A stretch of 64,000 bases of DNA, taken from NCBI GenBank assembly GCA_951406725.2, contig OX597823.1, forward strand, positions 66,712,001 to 66,776,000, read 5' to 3'. Positions 27,718-43,120 of this stretch are shown one piece after another. The translations under genes and the position numbers were made by a program. This DNA comes from Octopus vulgaris. Its lineage: Eukaryota. Below the pieces are notes generated by a model. That model was not told the DNA's origin and did no database searches. It was given only the letters and a program-made list of their open reading frames with translations. Each line of letters opens with the position of its first letter. The first letter of the stretch is position 1.

Positions 27718-28534
27718 GTATCTTTATATACATATTTATATATTTCATTAATGTGTTGCATAAACAAGCAGGTATGGCGAAAATCGAACAGCAAAATCAC
27801 AGAAATTCGTAGAAAATTAAAACGGAAATAAAATTAGAACGTAAAAAAGGAAAGGATAAAAAAGCTCGAATATACGGCAATAAGTTAGCAATTTTATAAA
27901 AAATATGAAGTTGAAATGTGATGTTCATTTTTCAAAGAGTCTATCATAAAAGATACAGGAATAAATCTTATGATAAATTTATGTGATTTGTCTTCATCTT
28001 ACAAACTATATGAATTTAGCAGAAATACGTGCATATGCACTGGCTTGCTTGCGTGTTCAATCACTGCTATTATAGCCACGCAAATACAAAATATATGCTC
28101 TTATAATTAATTCGCATGTTTCAATGCACTTCATTTGTTCCTAGACTATCTGAGCAATCAAACAGTTATCCAGATAATCATAAAAATAATGATTACATCT
28201 TTTGTACATACACTAATTATGATTGTGTTAAAATAGTTAATTCTAACATAGGCACGTGGCCAGTAATACGCGAGATGTTAGTCGGTTACCTTGACTTCAG
28301 TATGTAACTGCTACTTTGTGTTATCGATTTGGAAGTAAGGAAACATGAAATCTCGCGTGGGATTTTGTCGGAGTTTATTCTAAATACTAGCGCACTCATC
28401 TGTGTTGAAATAATGTTTCTAAAACAGTAGTCTTTCATATTAATTGTGCTATGATTATTACTTATTTAGAAAATGTATTATTATTTCATATCTAATAGAA
28501 TCAAGTAGTGCTGGTGAAAATATGTAAGATAATT

Positions 28535-28640
28535 AGGGGTAAGATGCTTGCTTCCCAATCACATGGTACCGGGTTCTGTCTTACACAAGAGCCTTGTGTG
28601 TAGATTTGGTTGAGAGAAACTGAAAGCAATCTGTCGTAGA
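28535..28640 (+). mobile_element. SINE family A 5' fragment
   Basis: GCTTGCTTCCCAATCACATGG..GAAACTGAAAG. Confidence 0.7.
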
Positions 28641-29257
28641 GATGTATGCACACGCGCACACATACATATACATATATATATATATGTGTGTGTGTGTCTG
28701 TGTGTGTATATGCATGTGTGTATGTGTGTGCGTGTGTGCACATTTTCATAAAATATGATGGTTTGGATCTGTTGTCTTCAGTGGAAACTGCAGTTGTGGT
28801 AATGTTGGGTGTTGTTGTGCAGAGCGTTTCAATTTAGTGGTTATCTGCCACTATGGTAGAAGCGTTGGCGGTTACGGTATTATTAATGGCGATGCTGTGG
28901 CTGCTGAATGTTGCCAACGGTGATATGTGGTAGGCTTTTGCTGCTGTTGATATTTTGTTCCTTGTGTGACATGTTATTGCTGCCGTTATTATTGTTTTCG
29001 GGATTCACAACGGGATTTGTGAGAAGAAGATGTTGGAAATTTTATTTCTAGTCCGTATTCCGACAGCCTTATCATTTGCGACATCGTGTCTGTTTTGACT
29101 TTAAGCAATTTTTAAATCCAGAGAAATATAAAGAAAATCATTTTCGCATCGCTGCAAACACATCTCGCCTGTTTCCTGTGGTACCGGTCAATTTAACACC
29201 AGAACAGAAGATTGATTTTAGGGGGCCTGATTAACAAAAAAAGAAAAAAATTACTTA

Positions 29258-29635
29258 GGCATAGGAGTGACTGTGTGGTAAGTAGCTTGCTAACGAACCA
29301 CATGGTTCCGGGTTCAGTCACACAGTCTTCTACTATAGCCTCGGGCCGACCAACGCCTTGTGCGTGGAATTGGAAGGGGAAACTGAAAGAAGCCCGTCGT
29401 GTATATGTATATGTATGTGTGTATGTGTGTTTATATGTTTGTGAGTCTGTGTTTGTCCTTGACAACCGATGCTGGTGTGTTTGCGTCCCGTAACTTAGCG
29501 GTTCGGCAAAAGAGACCGATAGAATAAGTACAAGGCTTACAAAGAATAAGTCCTGTGGTCGATTTGGTCGACTAAAGGCGGTGCTCCATCATGGCGACAG
29601 TCAAATGACTAAAACAAGTAAAAGAGTAAAAGAGA
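29258..29635 (+). mobile_element. SINE family A with core deletion
   Basis: Head joins directly to GTCTTCTACTATAGCC; tail intact. Confidence 0.9.
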
Positions 29636-29689
29636 ATAAAAATTAAACCTTTATACTGAAGGCTCAAGGAGGACTGAAATTTTTTGGGA

Positions 29690-29864
29690 GGGGACTATCG
29701 ATTACATCGATCATAGTGCTTCACTTGTATGAAATTTATCTATCCCGAAAGGATAAAAGGCAAAGTCTCGACTTCGGCGGAATTTGAACTCAGAACGTGC
29801 AAACAGACGAAAAGCCGCTAAGTATTTCGCCCGGCGTGCTAACGATTCTGCCAGCTTGCTGCCT
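29690..29864 (-). mobile_element. SINE family B
   Basis: Reverse-complement match to 6908-7108. Confidence 0.85.
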
Positions 29865-31528
29865 TATAAATAATAATAACATCAGTTTCTAACTTAGACC
29901 CTAGACCAGGAATTTTGAGGATAAGTGTTAACCTTACTCATCGATCTCAGTATTTCAACTGGTTCGATATTTATCGACTCCAGAGAAATCGAAACTAATG
30001 CTGACCTCAGTCGTATTTGGGCTCATGATGTAAAAAAAAAACGTGAACACAACGGTCGCATTTCTTTCGACACTCTAATGATCCACCTATCAGAAGTTAG
30101 GGGGGAACATAATGTTGTTTGAAAGTTGACAGTAGATAAGTGTTACGTATATTTTTATACAAATATTATGAACAGCGACACTGTTTGTGTTATACAAACA
30201 CCAGTAAATAATATCAGGTATTTTGTAATTTCGTCTATTCTCCTGTTACGAGTATAATAATAATGATGTTTTATATGAATATTTACATGAAACGGGCAAA
30301 AGCATATCTAAACAGATGCAGCCAAAGCAAATTACTCGATACACGTACAAATCTTCAGTGTCAAACCAGATCTGACATTGGATTTACGATAGAATTTCTT
30401 TGATCTTATTGTTGATTTATCTAATAAGCTAGGTATGAAATCTCCGAATATACATCGAGATAATTACGTGATACGTGTGTCTCCTGAATCGTACTCATTT
30501 TCTTTATCGCTTTATCTCTCTTCTTTTCTCCCTTTCTCTCAGTGTTTCTCCTCCACTATATGTCTCTCAAAATATTGACGTTATGCTGAATGATGCAAAC
30601 TCTTATTTTATAGCTACGTTTCCTCTCTCTCTAAAATCTCTCGCTTTCTCTCACATTCTCCCTTCCAGCTCTTTACTATATGTGTGTGCCTGTATGTGTG
30701 GTTGTATGTATATATGTATGTGCCCATGTATGTTTGTGTGCTTTTATGTATTTATATGTTATGTTTGTATGCATGTGTTACGTATGTATATATGTATATT
30801 TGTTTGTATGCGCGGCTGTGTATACATTTGTTACTATTGTATTAGACACGGTAATTGTCTTTTAGCGTTTGTACCTTATCTTGACCGCATACCAATTAGA
30901 AATCGATAACACTCGAGGAAATATGTGTTATGATCTTAGTGTCAGTGCATATGTTACAAAACGGAAAACCGATTTTTACATGAATCAAAGAATCTGGTAC
31001 CTTCATCATTTGAATTTCAATGTAGTTGTGTCAATGTTATGAACGAGTTGAAGGCAATGGATTGACAGAAATCGTTAGAGGGTCGTATAAATATTTATGT
31101 GTGGTATTTAGAAACTGACCTTTAAATGCTGATTTCAAAAATCTCACCGAGGTCAGCTTTTCTTTTTATCTTCCTGAAATCAATAAAATGACCACACAAC
31201 TACGTTTCAACGTTGAATTTAACCTCATATACGCCATCATTGCTGTCTTTCAGGAATTGTTCCAACGTTAGATTAGTAAACAGCGCTATGAGTGAGGGTA
31301 TTTGTAGAAGCAGTACAGTGGCGGTCAATATTCCTTACGTTAGATTGTTGTGTGCCTGCACACTCTAATTACAAATCGTACCACGATTAATTTTCCCTTT
31401 CATTCGTCGATTATCGAGAAAAGAAATACGAGTAGGATATTGTTGTCCATTTGCTTGGCTATAAGGATTCCTAAATTGAAGGTTCAATGCTTATGTAAAT
31501 AACAAGCCACTTTTATGAGTTCTACAAG

Positions 31529-31790
31529 GGAGCATAGCCTAGCGATTGGGTGTTCCACTCACGATCTTGAGATCATTGTTTCAGTTCCTGAACTGGGTGG
31601 TCCGTTGTGTTCTTGAGCAAAACACTTTCTCACAAGTTGATGTGTGACCACTTTGTCATCCTACGTGTAGTACGCCGTGCACTTCTTCAGACAACATCAA
31701 TTTGTTGGAGGCGGTGAGCTAATTTACAGCAAACACATTTGATTACTATAATTGAATTATATGTGCAAGTTGTATTGCAAGAAATTGCAG
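31529..31790 (+). mobile_element. SINE family D, degenerate
   Basis: CGTTGTGTTCTTGAGCAAAACACTTT core after a tRNA-like head. Confidence 0.65.
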
Positions 31791-32439
31791 AGCTGTCTTT
31801 TCAGAGTACGAGAAACTATCATTATGAGTGCTGCTGCGATATTGATTTTAACACACTGCTATCTCAATAAAATTTGGATATTTGGTTTTACACACTCTAT
31901 ATTCTCTGCCACAACGTTTCTAAATTCCAGTGAGACATTGCATTGGTAGCTTAAAACTCTTAAACATTGCAAGTGTCGACTATGCCGACGTATTAGTATT
32001 ACGATTAGGATGACAGTTGATTCTGCTGAATATATTACTCCTGGCGTTTGGAATTACATTACGCTATAAATGATATATCACGTACTATTAGATATATAAA
32101 GTTTGGTATCTTTTATATTCTTTGTGAAAATATTTATTTGTATGAGTTATGTTAGTGTAATTAATCCTCAAAATTCACTTCAGTTGTTGGGAAATTATTA
32201 TTTGATAACAAGTGTGTTTATGTAGTATTAATATCAAAGGAGTTATACCCAAGTATGTTCGCTCTTCTTCGGTCCATAAGTGTTTTCTGAAAGAGTTGTT
32301 CTGGAACAAGTTTCATACCGTTAAATATTTCGTTTGAATTCAATTGCGTACAATTGCGTACAATATCAACTATATTTAAAAACCCATTCACACATAAAAC
32401 TAAAACAAAAAAAAAAGCAATGGAGGATAAAACTTCTTC

Positions 32440-32650
32440 CCGGGGTATAAAGACTCATAAAGCCGGCTTACAGGTATATCTATGGTAGCGTGTATATCCT
32501 ACGCATTGGACAGGATGCCAGCAGAGTGGTCTGGAACAACGTGAAATAAAGTGCTTTGCTCAAGCACACGCCTTGCCCAGTATATTATCGAAATGACAAT
32601 CATACAATCATGGGTCTAACACTACTACCACTACGTCATACGCCTCTACG
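32440..32650 (-). mobile_element. SINE family D, degenerate
   Basis: AAGTGCTTTGCTCAAGCACAC core and head remnant. Confidence 0.6.
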
Positions 32651-34112
32651 ATCACGAGTCGTCACAGTAAAATGCATGCTAATTTCAGTATAATTGCTAT
32701 TACTACTATCATTCCACCTTAGCTTAAGAGTGGATAAGTAAACACGTTAGTTACATTCTAGCTGTAAACACTCTACTTTGGTATAATTGTGGGACATTAT
32801 AAGATTTCCTTTTGTTAAGATATTACGGTCGGATTTTAAGGAGATTTGTGTTATTTCTCGCAGATCACAAGACCACTTAAAGAATAGTTATACAATTTCA
32901 CACAACTCATATATATCTCAAACTAGTTCATTTTAAGCATTTCTTTTTTTTTTTTTATCATGATCTCTACATTTAAGAAAGAAATTTTTGCTGAAATTCA
33001 CGTTGGGGTAATTCTTTTATTCTTTTGGCGTAAATATGCAATAAATTACTGGCTAGATATTTTTTTAGTATGCTGAAAATATTTCAAAACTGTGATATTT
33101 AGCGTGCTTTTTAGTTAATTCATGTACATTTTTCGTTTTGATATTTTCTTCTCAACAATCACTGTTTACCAAATTGCATTTTGTGACAGATTTTACTTAT
33201 TTTGAAAGAGATTTAAGACATTATTACTTACAAAACCGTTGTCTAATATACATAAATTTTTTTCAGCAAATATAAGATGATGCTAATCTCTTTAAAACAC
33301 TATTAATTTTGCACATGTCTAGTGTATATAGAATTACGAGCTAAATCTATTCGTATCGATCAGTGGTAGAGTGCACAGCTGGAATATGTGTTGCTCGGAC
33401 TAATTTAGATCAAACTACTTCATAAGCTGGGTTATATGTGTGTGATGCGTTTGTTTGTGTGTGTGTGTGTGTGTGTGCGCGCGCTCAGAAATAGGCTTCA
33501 AAGATATGAGAAATAAAACTGGTTACCGGTAGTGAGAGCGAAATGATAATGTATTTTTCCCGTCGTGTTGATTCTGGGGGAAGACACAATGCGCTTTGTA
33601 TTTGCAGGACTTACGGATCTGATTGAGGTTATTAGTGTTCTTGAATCATAATAAGCCAACACTTGTGAGAAAGTTATGTGTAGGATAGAAATTGTAGGTA
33701 AACGAATTTCTGGAAAGGACGGACTGGGCAATGTGATTAGTGCGGAAGGTCCAGGACATTGGATACATCAGTGGTGATTGTACGACAGTGAGATGGTATT
33801 TTGCACGGTGGTGCAAAGGCTATTATTATAGGTCAGATAAAAGGCAGAAAGATGAAACAACACGCTTGAAACTGGGGGCGTGTAACGAATCTGTGACTAC
33901 ATTTACGCCAAACAGTCAGATGTTGCTACAGGGAAATTGAAAGACAAATGCAGTATTGGAGGAATGAAGTAAGAAAGGTAAAATTTGAGAGAAGAAAAAA
34001 GATAATCATTTTTGATACTTATTTTACGGAGTGTCTAGGTTTTCTGACTAATAAGATATATTTATATTGGATTCAAACTTTGGTAAAAGGCCAGCAATTT
34101 CGGTTGAGTAGC

Positions 34113-34468
34113 AAGTCGATTACACGACCCCAGTATTCAACAGGTACTTATTCCATCGACCCCGAAAGAATGAAATGCAAAGTAGACCTCGGTGGGATTT
34201 GAACTCAGAACGTAAAGACGACGGACGAAATACCTATTTCTTTCCTACCCACAAGGGACTAAATACCACAGAGAGGACAAACAAGGACAGACAAACAGAT
34301 TAATTCGATTATATCGACTCCAGTGCGTAACTGGTACTTATTTAATCGACCCCGAAAGGATGAAAGGCAAAGTCGACCTCGGCGAAATTTGAACTCATGA
34401 CGTAGCGACAGACGAAATACCGCTAAGCATTTTGCCCAGCGCGCTAACGATTCTGCCAGATCACCGCT
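34113..34468 (-). mobile_element. SINE family B head-to-tail dimer
   Basis: ATCGACCCCGAAAG..ATTTGAACTCA..GACGAAATACC occurs twice. Confidence 0.88.
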
Positions 34469-36723
34469 TTATCATATATCAATATTACAAAATATTACTA
34501 AAATGCAGGTTAATATAACTGCATATGTAATGCAATGTGGCAATGTGTACAAGGACACAACCACGTTACAGCTGAATTATTTCCGACACAGGAATTCAAA
34601 ATAAGTTATTTGCTCAACAAATGCAAGTAAAATATAGGCTTTATTTCCTCTTTAATGTTGGTAACACATTAAAGAAACTTTACAAGATTATATGAAGAAT
34701 GAAAAACAAATTATGTTGGTTGCTGACAAGTAGGTGTGGTGACACGTAATTCTAGTTTGGCATATTTCTTTTATATAAATCTTAACAATACAAAGACTTG
34801 CAGGTGTGTAAATATAAAGAAAAAAATATATATTCCAAAACGAAGCTACTTCACCATTCGGTTCAGAAAACCTTTGTCAGTGTAATCTTTCTTTAAATTC
34901 TTTTGATCACAATCACATATACACACCAGCCTAGCTTTAATCTAACAGCGTAAAATTAGAAAAATACTGATAAAACACGTTTTGATGAAAACGATTTTAT
35001 GTCTTAGATGTATATTTGTTACAACTGATGTTTAGCCTGCTGCTCGCTCTGTACATGGGTTGCAGCGAAATAAAACAACTACCTGCTCAACATATATATA
35101 TAAAAAAGGAAGTAACACATCCTACGACGTTTATCTTAGTTTCTTCCTTTTTTTTTCGTCAAAGGAAAACAGTCACGAAATCTCGTTTCCTTCTATTCTT
35201 AAGCATATGAAACCTAAAGTCGATAGCAGGAAAGACTCTATAAAATGCAACTTTGACGTTTGTGATATGTTAAACCATCGTATAGCTGATGCTAAAAGAA
35301 ATGAAAACGGTGGGATAAAAATTTAGTAATCGATGTGTGAAAGAGTTTGGTATATTTAGCTTCCTTGTAAATCCCCTATAATTTACGATGTTCTCTACGT
35401 TAGCAGAAAGAACGAAAATAAATTACCTTCAATAAATATTAGAAGCAAGTTCACGTGTTCGTTCCTTTACCCTACGATGCTCACCAATTATGTGTGAAAG
35501 CTATTATTACCAACATTTTCACATCAGTGAGTGCCGTGTCTAAAGATTTGCCTGTATCACATAACTATCATCAACGTGTGTTCACGTTCTTCTCTGTTTC
35601 TTTATTTTGATTTAGGTTTTCTCGCGGCAAAAATTAAAATATATATGCTCTTCTAGAATATGAAGAAGGTACTGCGAGTGAGAAGCATGAACCTGATATA
35701 AAATATCTTAGAAATAACCGAGAGAATATAATATGTCTTAATTACTGCTGGATTCGTGCCCTTCAACAGAGACAGAAGAGGATGAAGGATTTATTTGCAT
35801 GGCCGGTGGATACAGGAATAAAAACTCATAGCTACCAAATAATTCCATATTCATCGAATTTTTCTTTGAGCTTTATTGCTTCCGATAGAGCATTGTTTGT
35901 ATTCTGGACTTGACCTCAATAAATATCTTATGTATAAGATGATACGTGACAAATATTGTGAAACTTTCACATGTATAGTTGTACCATAGCACGCATGGAA
36001 AGAACATTACATGGATGAATATGTATCATTTATATAAATTTGCTAAATAAATGTTTTTATTCGTTATATATTGTATATATATTTCCTGCCACTTTTCTTG
36101 CATTATGAGAGTGATAAATTATAGAAACTTTAAAGGACACTCTCTCTTAGCTAGAAAACAGTACCGGAACAAGTGAATTTAATGATCACACACATTCGTG
36201 TGAATAGTATAAGAATAAATCGATTAAAACCATTCAATTTTCATTTGTCTCATTATTCTGACGTACGACACTAATATTTAGATATTGTTTATCTCCAGCC
36301 TGGTGTTGCTCGGAGATTCCGAGGATGAAAAGCATTTGGGTTATAAACAGCCAGACATGATGTAGATATACAATATCTAGGACTACACAATCCAGTGGTT
36401 CTTTCCTCTTTGAGGGAGATTTCTCTGTTATCTCTAAAATATAGATTCACCACGGAAAGGCCTACTCTGGTTCAACTTATGCTACATCTCAATTCTACGC
36501 AGTTTTTTCGTTCCGCTAAGTAACGGGGATATAAATAGTATCTTGCTAAAATCGACACAATAATGCCGGTAGCTTCCCAATACTGAGGTTTAAAGTTTGC
36601 TTCATTTGCATGGTCCCATATACAAATGACTTCATTCATAACATTTGGTCGACTAAATTATTTTGAATGAAATTTGGTCGCGGGAAAGCAACTGAAGAAC
36701 GCGGCAGTGAGATGATTTTCCGT

Positions 36724-36946
36724 TCTCTTTACTCTTTACTCTTTTACTTGTTTCAGTAATTTGACTGCGGCCATGCTGGGGCACCACCTCTAATCGAGCA
36801 ACTCGACCCCGGGACTTATTCTTTTGTAAGCCCAGTACTTATTCTATCGGTCTCTTTTGCCGAACCGCTAAGTAACGGAGATATAAACACACCAGCATCG
36901 GTTGTCAAGCGATGTTGGGGGGACAAACACAGACACACAAACATAT

Positions 36947-36991
<45 letters not shown>

Positions 36992-37151
36992 TACGACGGG
37001 CTTCTTTCAGTTTCCGTCTACCAAATCCACTCACAAGGCTTCGGTCGGCCCGAGGCTATAGTAGAAGACACTCGCCCAAGGTGCCACGCAGTGGGACTGA
37101 ACTCGGAACCATGTGGTTGGTAAACAAGCTACTTACCACACAGCCACTCCT
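36724..37151 (-). mobile_element. SINE family A, full length, well preserved
   Basis: All modules intact. Confidence 0.93.
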
Positions 37152-40100
37152 ACGTTCGTGAGCAAGAGACTTAATTTGTTACACATTTAATATGAGCATA
37201 TGGAATCTGGGTGCCTTATGCAGTGTCTATTCTGTCGCAAGTATTTGAGTCAGAACATTTGTTTTAGATAACCTCATTTCCTCCTTTTGTCCAGAATATC
37301 CCAACGAAAATCATTGCAACGTTCTTAGTTACCAAAAGAATACATGCAGAGCAGTCGGTTCTTGCGTAGACACAAGCATTGTTGTCTATTGCTCTGGTTT
37401 CTTTTGATACTTTTCTTATCTAAGCATGCTCTGAGAGCAAGTATAATCGAACACTAAATGGATCTGGAATTATTATTATTTCACTAATGCATAAGAAAGA
37501 AGGAAAACTACCACCTATATTTAATGAAGGGTTGTCGATACACGAGAGTAAATACTGTTATGTATTTACTACAACTCTGCTCTTTTACTTCTGCCAACTT
37601 GCTGAACTCGTTCAATTATATATTAAAGAACTGAACACTCGAATCATTTTTTTTTTTACGAAAATGAAATACAAACGTTCAGAGAGGAAGGTAAAATGTT
37701 CCAATTCAATTATGTATATAAAAAAAATCCTGCTACCATGACGTAAAAGCGGAACTAAAATATACAAAAAGAAAGCGAAAAACTTGTCAGACGCATTACA
37801 GTGAAATATAATCTCGTCCATGCATCATTTTCCCTGGCAGCGTTTCTATAAATCATTTCTATTAATTTTAGTAGGATATTTTCTCTCCTCTCTTATAGTC
37901 CCACACTTTCCCTTCTCTCTTTCTCTCTTCCCCTCTGTCACTCTTTCCCTGCTTCTCTTTATCTCCCTGCTTCTCTCTCTCTCTCACTCTGTCATTCTCT
38001 CACTTTAAACCTATTTTCGGGTTCTCTTTTATTATCTCGTTATGTCATTCTGTTTTTCTTTTTTTTCTTCTTTTTCCTCTTCATGGCATATTAGTGTCTA
38101 CGTTCAAGAAAGTGGACGGATTATTCGTTCTATATACAACCGTTATGGTAACCGATTTTAGCGTTAATTCAATCTTTATTCCTCCACGAAACTGCATCTT
38201 TCACGCGATATCCTATAGCTAAATTACACGTTGGAATGTGATAAGCTTCCCGAATGACCTGCGTCTATACATTATTGCATGTAGACTAGCACAAATAGTG
38301 CCTTCTAAGCAGAGTAATAATTTAATTGTATGTCCTCTTTATATTAAAGCTCTTTTGTTATTTTTAATATTCCCATTCTTATTATTTTGTCTTACGTATT
38401 ATTATATTCGAAATTATCACCATAATCATCGCAAATTGTTATGGGAGAGGAAGCATAGAAAATTCGGTTGTCTCGTAGAACATAACTTTCTCCTCACTGC
38501 GTTCTGATTTCAAACCATATTAGAGTTGATTCTTGCTTTCCTTGCCAATGGTGAAGTAAAGTAGTTACTAATATTACTAGTCCTCTTGTTACGTCAAAAG
38601 TCAACTGAAACAGAGTCTACTCATAAGCAAAGTCACTTAAACTCTAACAATCTCTTTTTCGCTCTTTCTTTCTCTCTCTATCTCTCCCTCTTCCTAATGG
38701 CTTTTATGCATTTTGATGTGTGTCCAGGAATAGGATATCTTATTTAAAGGATATTATGGTCTTATTTGATGTATATTCGGCTTGCATTTTCTCACGGTTT
38801 GGGCTACTATGTAACAGACACCCTCGTGTCTTAAGTACTTAATAGTATACAATTGTAATTTTTTTGTCCACCGACCATACTTGGGCGAATATACCTTTGT
38901 GCAAAAAGCCTCCTCGCCATTACTACCGTTTTCTTTTTTTTTTACGAGTTCAGGAAACTTATAAATACATTTATTCACTATACAATGTTTAAATGATATT
39001 CTGGGTGGCATTTGTAGCTAGTTGAGCTACCACCTAGAGGCGCCATCGTTGGATCGCTGTATTGTAAGGGAATCAGAAGTATTAACAGACACGCTTGTGC
39101 ACGAAAATGTATGTCTATACTTAGTTATGGTCGTTTAAGTTCCGCATTAAAATTTCACCATTGTCCCATTCGTACGTAATCCTTGAAAGTGGCTCGTACT
39201 ATAGTTCATGTAACCGGTCATACCACTTCACAAACAAGTGGCATTTTGCCAATGTTAGAAATCAAATTATTATGGTTGTATCAATCAACTATACGAATTC
39301 TTTGGCTATCACTTCAATAGAAGAATTCATTATTTTCTTCGAAGATGTTGAAGTTACTGAAACATAAATCTTCTAGAATACGTTCAAATACAGAAATGGT
39401 CAACTTTATATTTTGCCCCTGTAGAGTTCATAAAATAAGTACCCAGTTCAATATTGATGCTGTTTTGATTGACTGTGGCATCCCTGAAGTCTGTTTGGCA
39501 TTCTATCAATGTTAGAAAGACATAATTAATATTGGCAGGACAGGTTTTATACATGCTCCTATATCTTATTCTGATGCATATATTCATTGAGCTGCATAAC
39601 AGTATTTCATTATGGTAAATATATCATTTTTTGCGTATTGACTTTCTTCCGTATTTATGTTAGATACAGTGTTACACTCGAACTTGTTACATCGAGTTGA
39701 AACTTTCGATTATATCATTGGTTTCCTACCACAATGAAAATTATAAAAGGTGCTACTTACAGACAAACCATGTGACAATCAGAATAATACAATGAATGAT
39801 TATACTAATAAGAGAAAACGATATTATTATAAACTCCACGTTAAGACAGCCAGGTCGCAGAATAGTCAGCCCGCAAGACAAAATGGTTAGTTGTATTACT
39901 TACTCTCTTTACGTTCTGAGTTCAAACACCGCGGGGATAAAGTTTACCTTTCATCTTTTCGGGGTTGATGAAATAGGTATCAGTCAAATATTGAGGTTGA
40001 TAGTTGCGACCAATCTCCTCTTTTGAGACGGCTGGACTTGACTCCAAATAATTATAAATATTGCAATAAGTATATTAGAAGATTTGGGAGAGTGGCGGTC

Positions 40101-41670
40101 AAAATACATTGTAATATTACTTTATGTCTTTACATTTCGCGCTCAGATATCACCTGTTCAACTTTTTCAATTTCCGATTCAAATAGATTGCATTGGCTCC
40201 GTTCCTTCAAGCAAACTGAACTAAACTTATGTTACTCAGAACAATAGTTTCCCTTCGTTTATTCACCTTAGATACGACTCTATTTGCTCTCTCTCTCACT
40301 CTCTCTCTCTCTCTCTCCCTCTCTATACTTCTGCAATCTATTAAATGCACGAGGCCTGGCGTTTAGAAAGTTTATTTCATGATCCCTAGATAATGGGTTC
40401 AATTTCTCGAACCGACAGCGCTTTGTAGCCTTGATTAAAGCACTTTATCTCATATTGTTCCAATCAATTCGGGTGTAATGGGTACCAGCGTAGTATTGAT
40501 GCAGCCCTCCTTCACTCCAGTTGTCACAACCTGGATGTTCTGCTTGGTTAAGAGATACGGTGAGAGTGTGTCAACCTCTGTCACGAGTTCATAGTTACCT
40601 AAAACAATTTGAAAATGCCTAGGACATACTATCAAAACCTACTCACTCTAATTGAGGCTGATTGTTCTTTGATTTCTGTTATACTCTTTCAAAATATTAG
40701 CTGGTACTGATAGGGCAAGTTTTGCAATACCCACTTCCTGTTTGACTAATACCATATGTTTTAGAAAGTTAGATGTTATTTAATTAATACCTATTTCTAT
40801 ACCTGGAGAGTGTTATAACTATAGCATTATATATACTTATTGGTTTACGTTAATGTTTGTACTGATAGAAAATGTAAGTGACCTTAAAACAGGAGTTCTA
40901 ACCTTAACAGACGCAACAAATTACGTAAATTCTAAAACTTATATATATATATAAACATATTTCCTCTGCGATAGGCACAAATTCTGTACATCCTACACAC
41001 ACTACATATGAAAAATTGCTTCAATGTAAGGTACAGAAAATGAAATTGAGAAACCAAATATAATGTTAGGAATCCCCAGTAATCCGATACGGGTTTAAAT
41101 ATTCGTACAAAAGTTCCTCACATTTCTATGCAGCTGATATGATTTCTGGATAATGCGTCTATTATTTATTTGAAGATCAAGTAAAAAGATGAAGTTGAAA
41201 GTTGACCGAGTTGTTGAACATTATTCAAGCACTCTGTCTCTCATCTACGGGTTGGAATATATTTATACAAAGTAATCATAGATGCTATTTTATTAATGTG
41301 TCCTTTCGGCAAAATTTTGTAAGTGTTTATAAGAAAGGCTATTAATTTTCTACATGAAAATCTATTTAGTTATGATGTATATGAAATTTTCAGTCAAAAT
41401 TAGTAAATGTCTTAATGAAATGCTCAAGGCAAATTTAACTATATATCGATATTATTGTTCTGAAAACAAAGCAATGAATGGAATTTTCGCTGGTAGCTCG
41501 GCGTGGAGGAAATAGCAGCCAAATCTCTGTATTATCACAACCGTCATCAATAAGGATATGAAATCGCCATGGTTGGCTTACATTTGAAATTAGATCGGTA
41601 CGATTATGGCTGAAATATTCGTTAAATAGCAACAACAGTAACTGTAATATTAATATATACCTAGGTCTAT

Positions 41671-41752
<82 letters not shown>

Positions 41753-41830
41753 GACCCCATTTTCAAGAAATTGACGAATGTTGCCATTATAATATATCTA
41801 TCTATCTATCTAAATATGTATGTATGTATG

Positions 41831-41892
<62 letters not shown>

Positions 41893-41894
<2 letters not shown>

Positions 41895-42008
41895 CGGAAG
41901 CGTGGGTGTGTGGTGAGAAGCTTGCTTCCCAGCCACATCGTTCCTGTTTCTCGGCTAACCAAAGCCTTGTGAGTGGATTTCGTAGTCGGAAACTGAAAGA
42001 ACCCCGTC

Positions 42009-42043
<35 letters not shown>

Positions 42044-42311
42044 TAATATATATATATATGTATAATATATATATATATATAAAAGTATGTATGTATATAT
42101 GTGTCCCTTTGTACTTGTGTTTGTCTCCCCACCATAGCTTGAGAACCGATTTTCTTGAGTTTACTGCCCCATAATTCAGCGGTTCAGCAAAATAGATCGA
42201 TAAGATAAGTAATAGGCTTACAAAGAATAGGTCCTGGGATCGATTTCTTTTATTAACACCTGCAAGGCAGTACTCCAACATGGCTGCGGTCAAATCACTG
42301 GAACAAATAAA
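41893..42311 (+). mobile_element. SINE family A, degenerate
   Basis: Head, AAAGCCTTGTGAGTGGATTT, internal microsatellite, tail. Confidence 0.8.
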
Positions 42312-43120
42312 ATATTATATATATACTAACTTATACATATATGTGTGTGTGCCTGTATATATATATATATATATATATATCGTTTACCTCCTAAGACTTT
42401 GTAAACATAGAGGGAACAATTATTTCGGGGAACGTTTTAACCTGCAGCGGATAAGCTATAAATAATATCCTGGTGTAAATATTTAGTTGAAAAATAACTC
42501 TCCACAATAATATCAAATTGTTGCCTTGAATTTTTTCTATCCAAAATGATTTTGAGCCCAATATTTATACACTAAATTATTTATAGCTTATCTGTTTCAA
42601 GTTCCAATGGTCCCCATCTTAAATAAATGAAATTGCGTTTGTGTGTGTGCGTGTAGTGTGTGTGGATGTGTGTATATATGTGTGTGTGCCCGTTTTCTTT
42701 TCTTCGTGCATAGAAGAAATAGTATGTTCTTTTCAAATTTGATACGCAATATATGATTTAGTGTTTGTGAGCACGTATCAATAGTGTGTGTCCGTGTGTG
42801 TGCGTGTGTGTCTGCACGTATTATTTTCTTCGTGAATAGGACGAAGTAGGTTCTTTTCAAATTTAGTATATGATACGAATCTAGTGGTCCTGTTTTATTA
42901 ATTCAAGATATTACACAATAATCATTTTAGTCAAGGAGTTCTCTGTAACTGTCTTTAGAGGAAGAACCCTGATGTGGAAACGATTGTTGCGTTATTTGTT
43001 GAATAATGTGTGGGGGGGATGCATGTGTGTATATATGAAAGTATTAGTGAATGTGTGGGTCGGTTGCATATTTATATTTATATATAGTTATTACATATGC
43101 TTCAGTCATTAGAATGCGGT

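Noticed and set aside
28760-29000. Thr/Asn-rich mucin-like reading on the minus strand
   Set aside because: Degenerate (GTT/GCT/GGT)n repeat with in-frame stops and no convincing splice sites
39028-39046. CTCF-like motif CCACCTAGAGGCGCCA
   Set aside because: Core spacing is off consensus; a single short match is expected by chance
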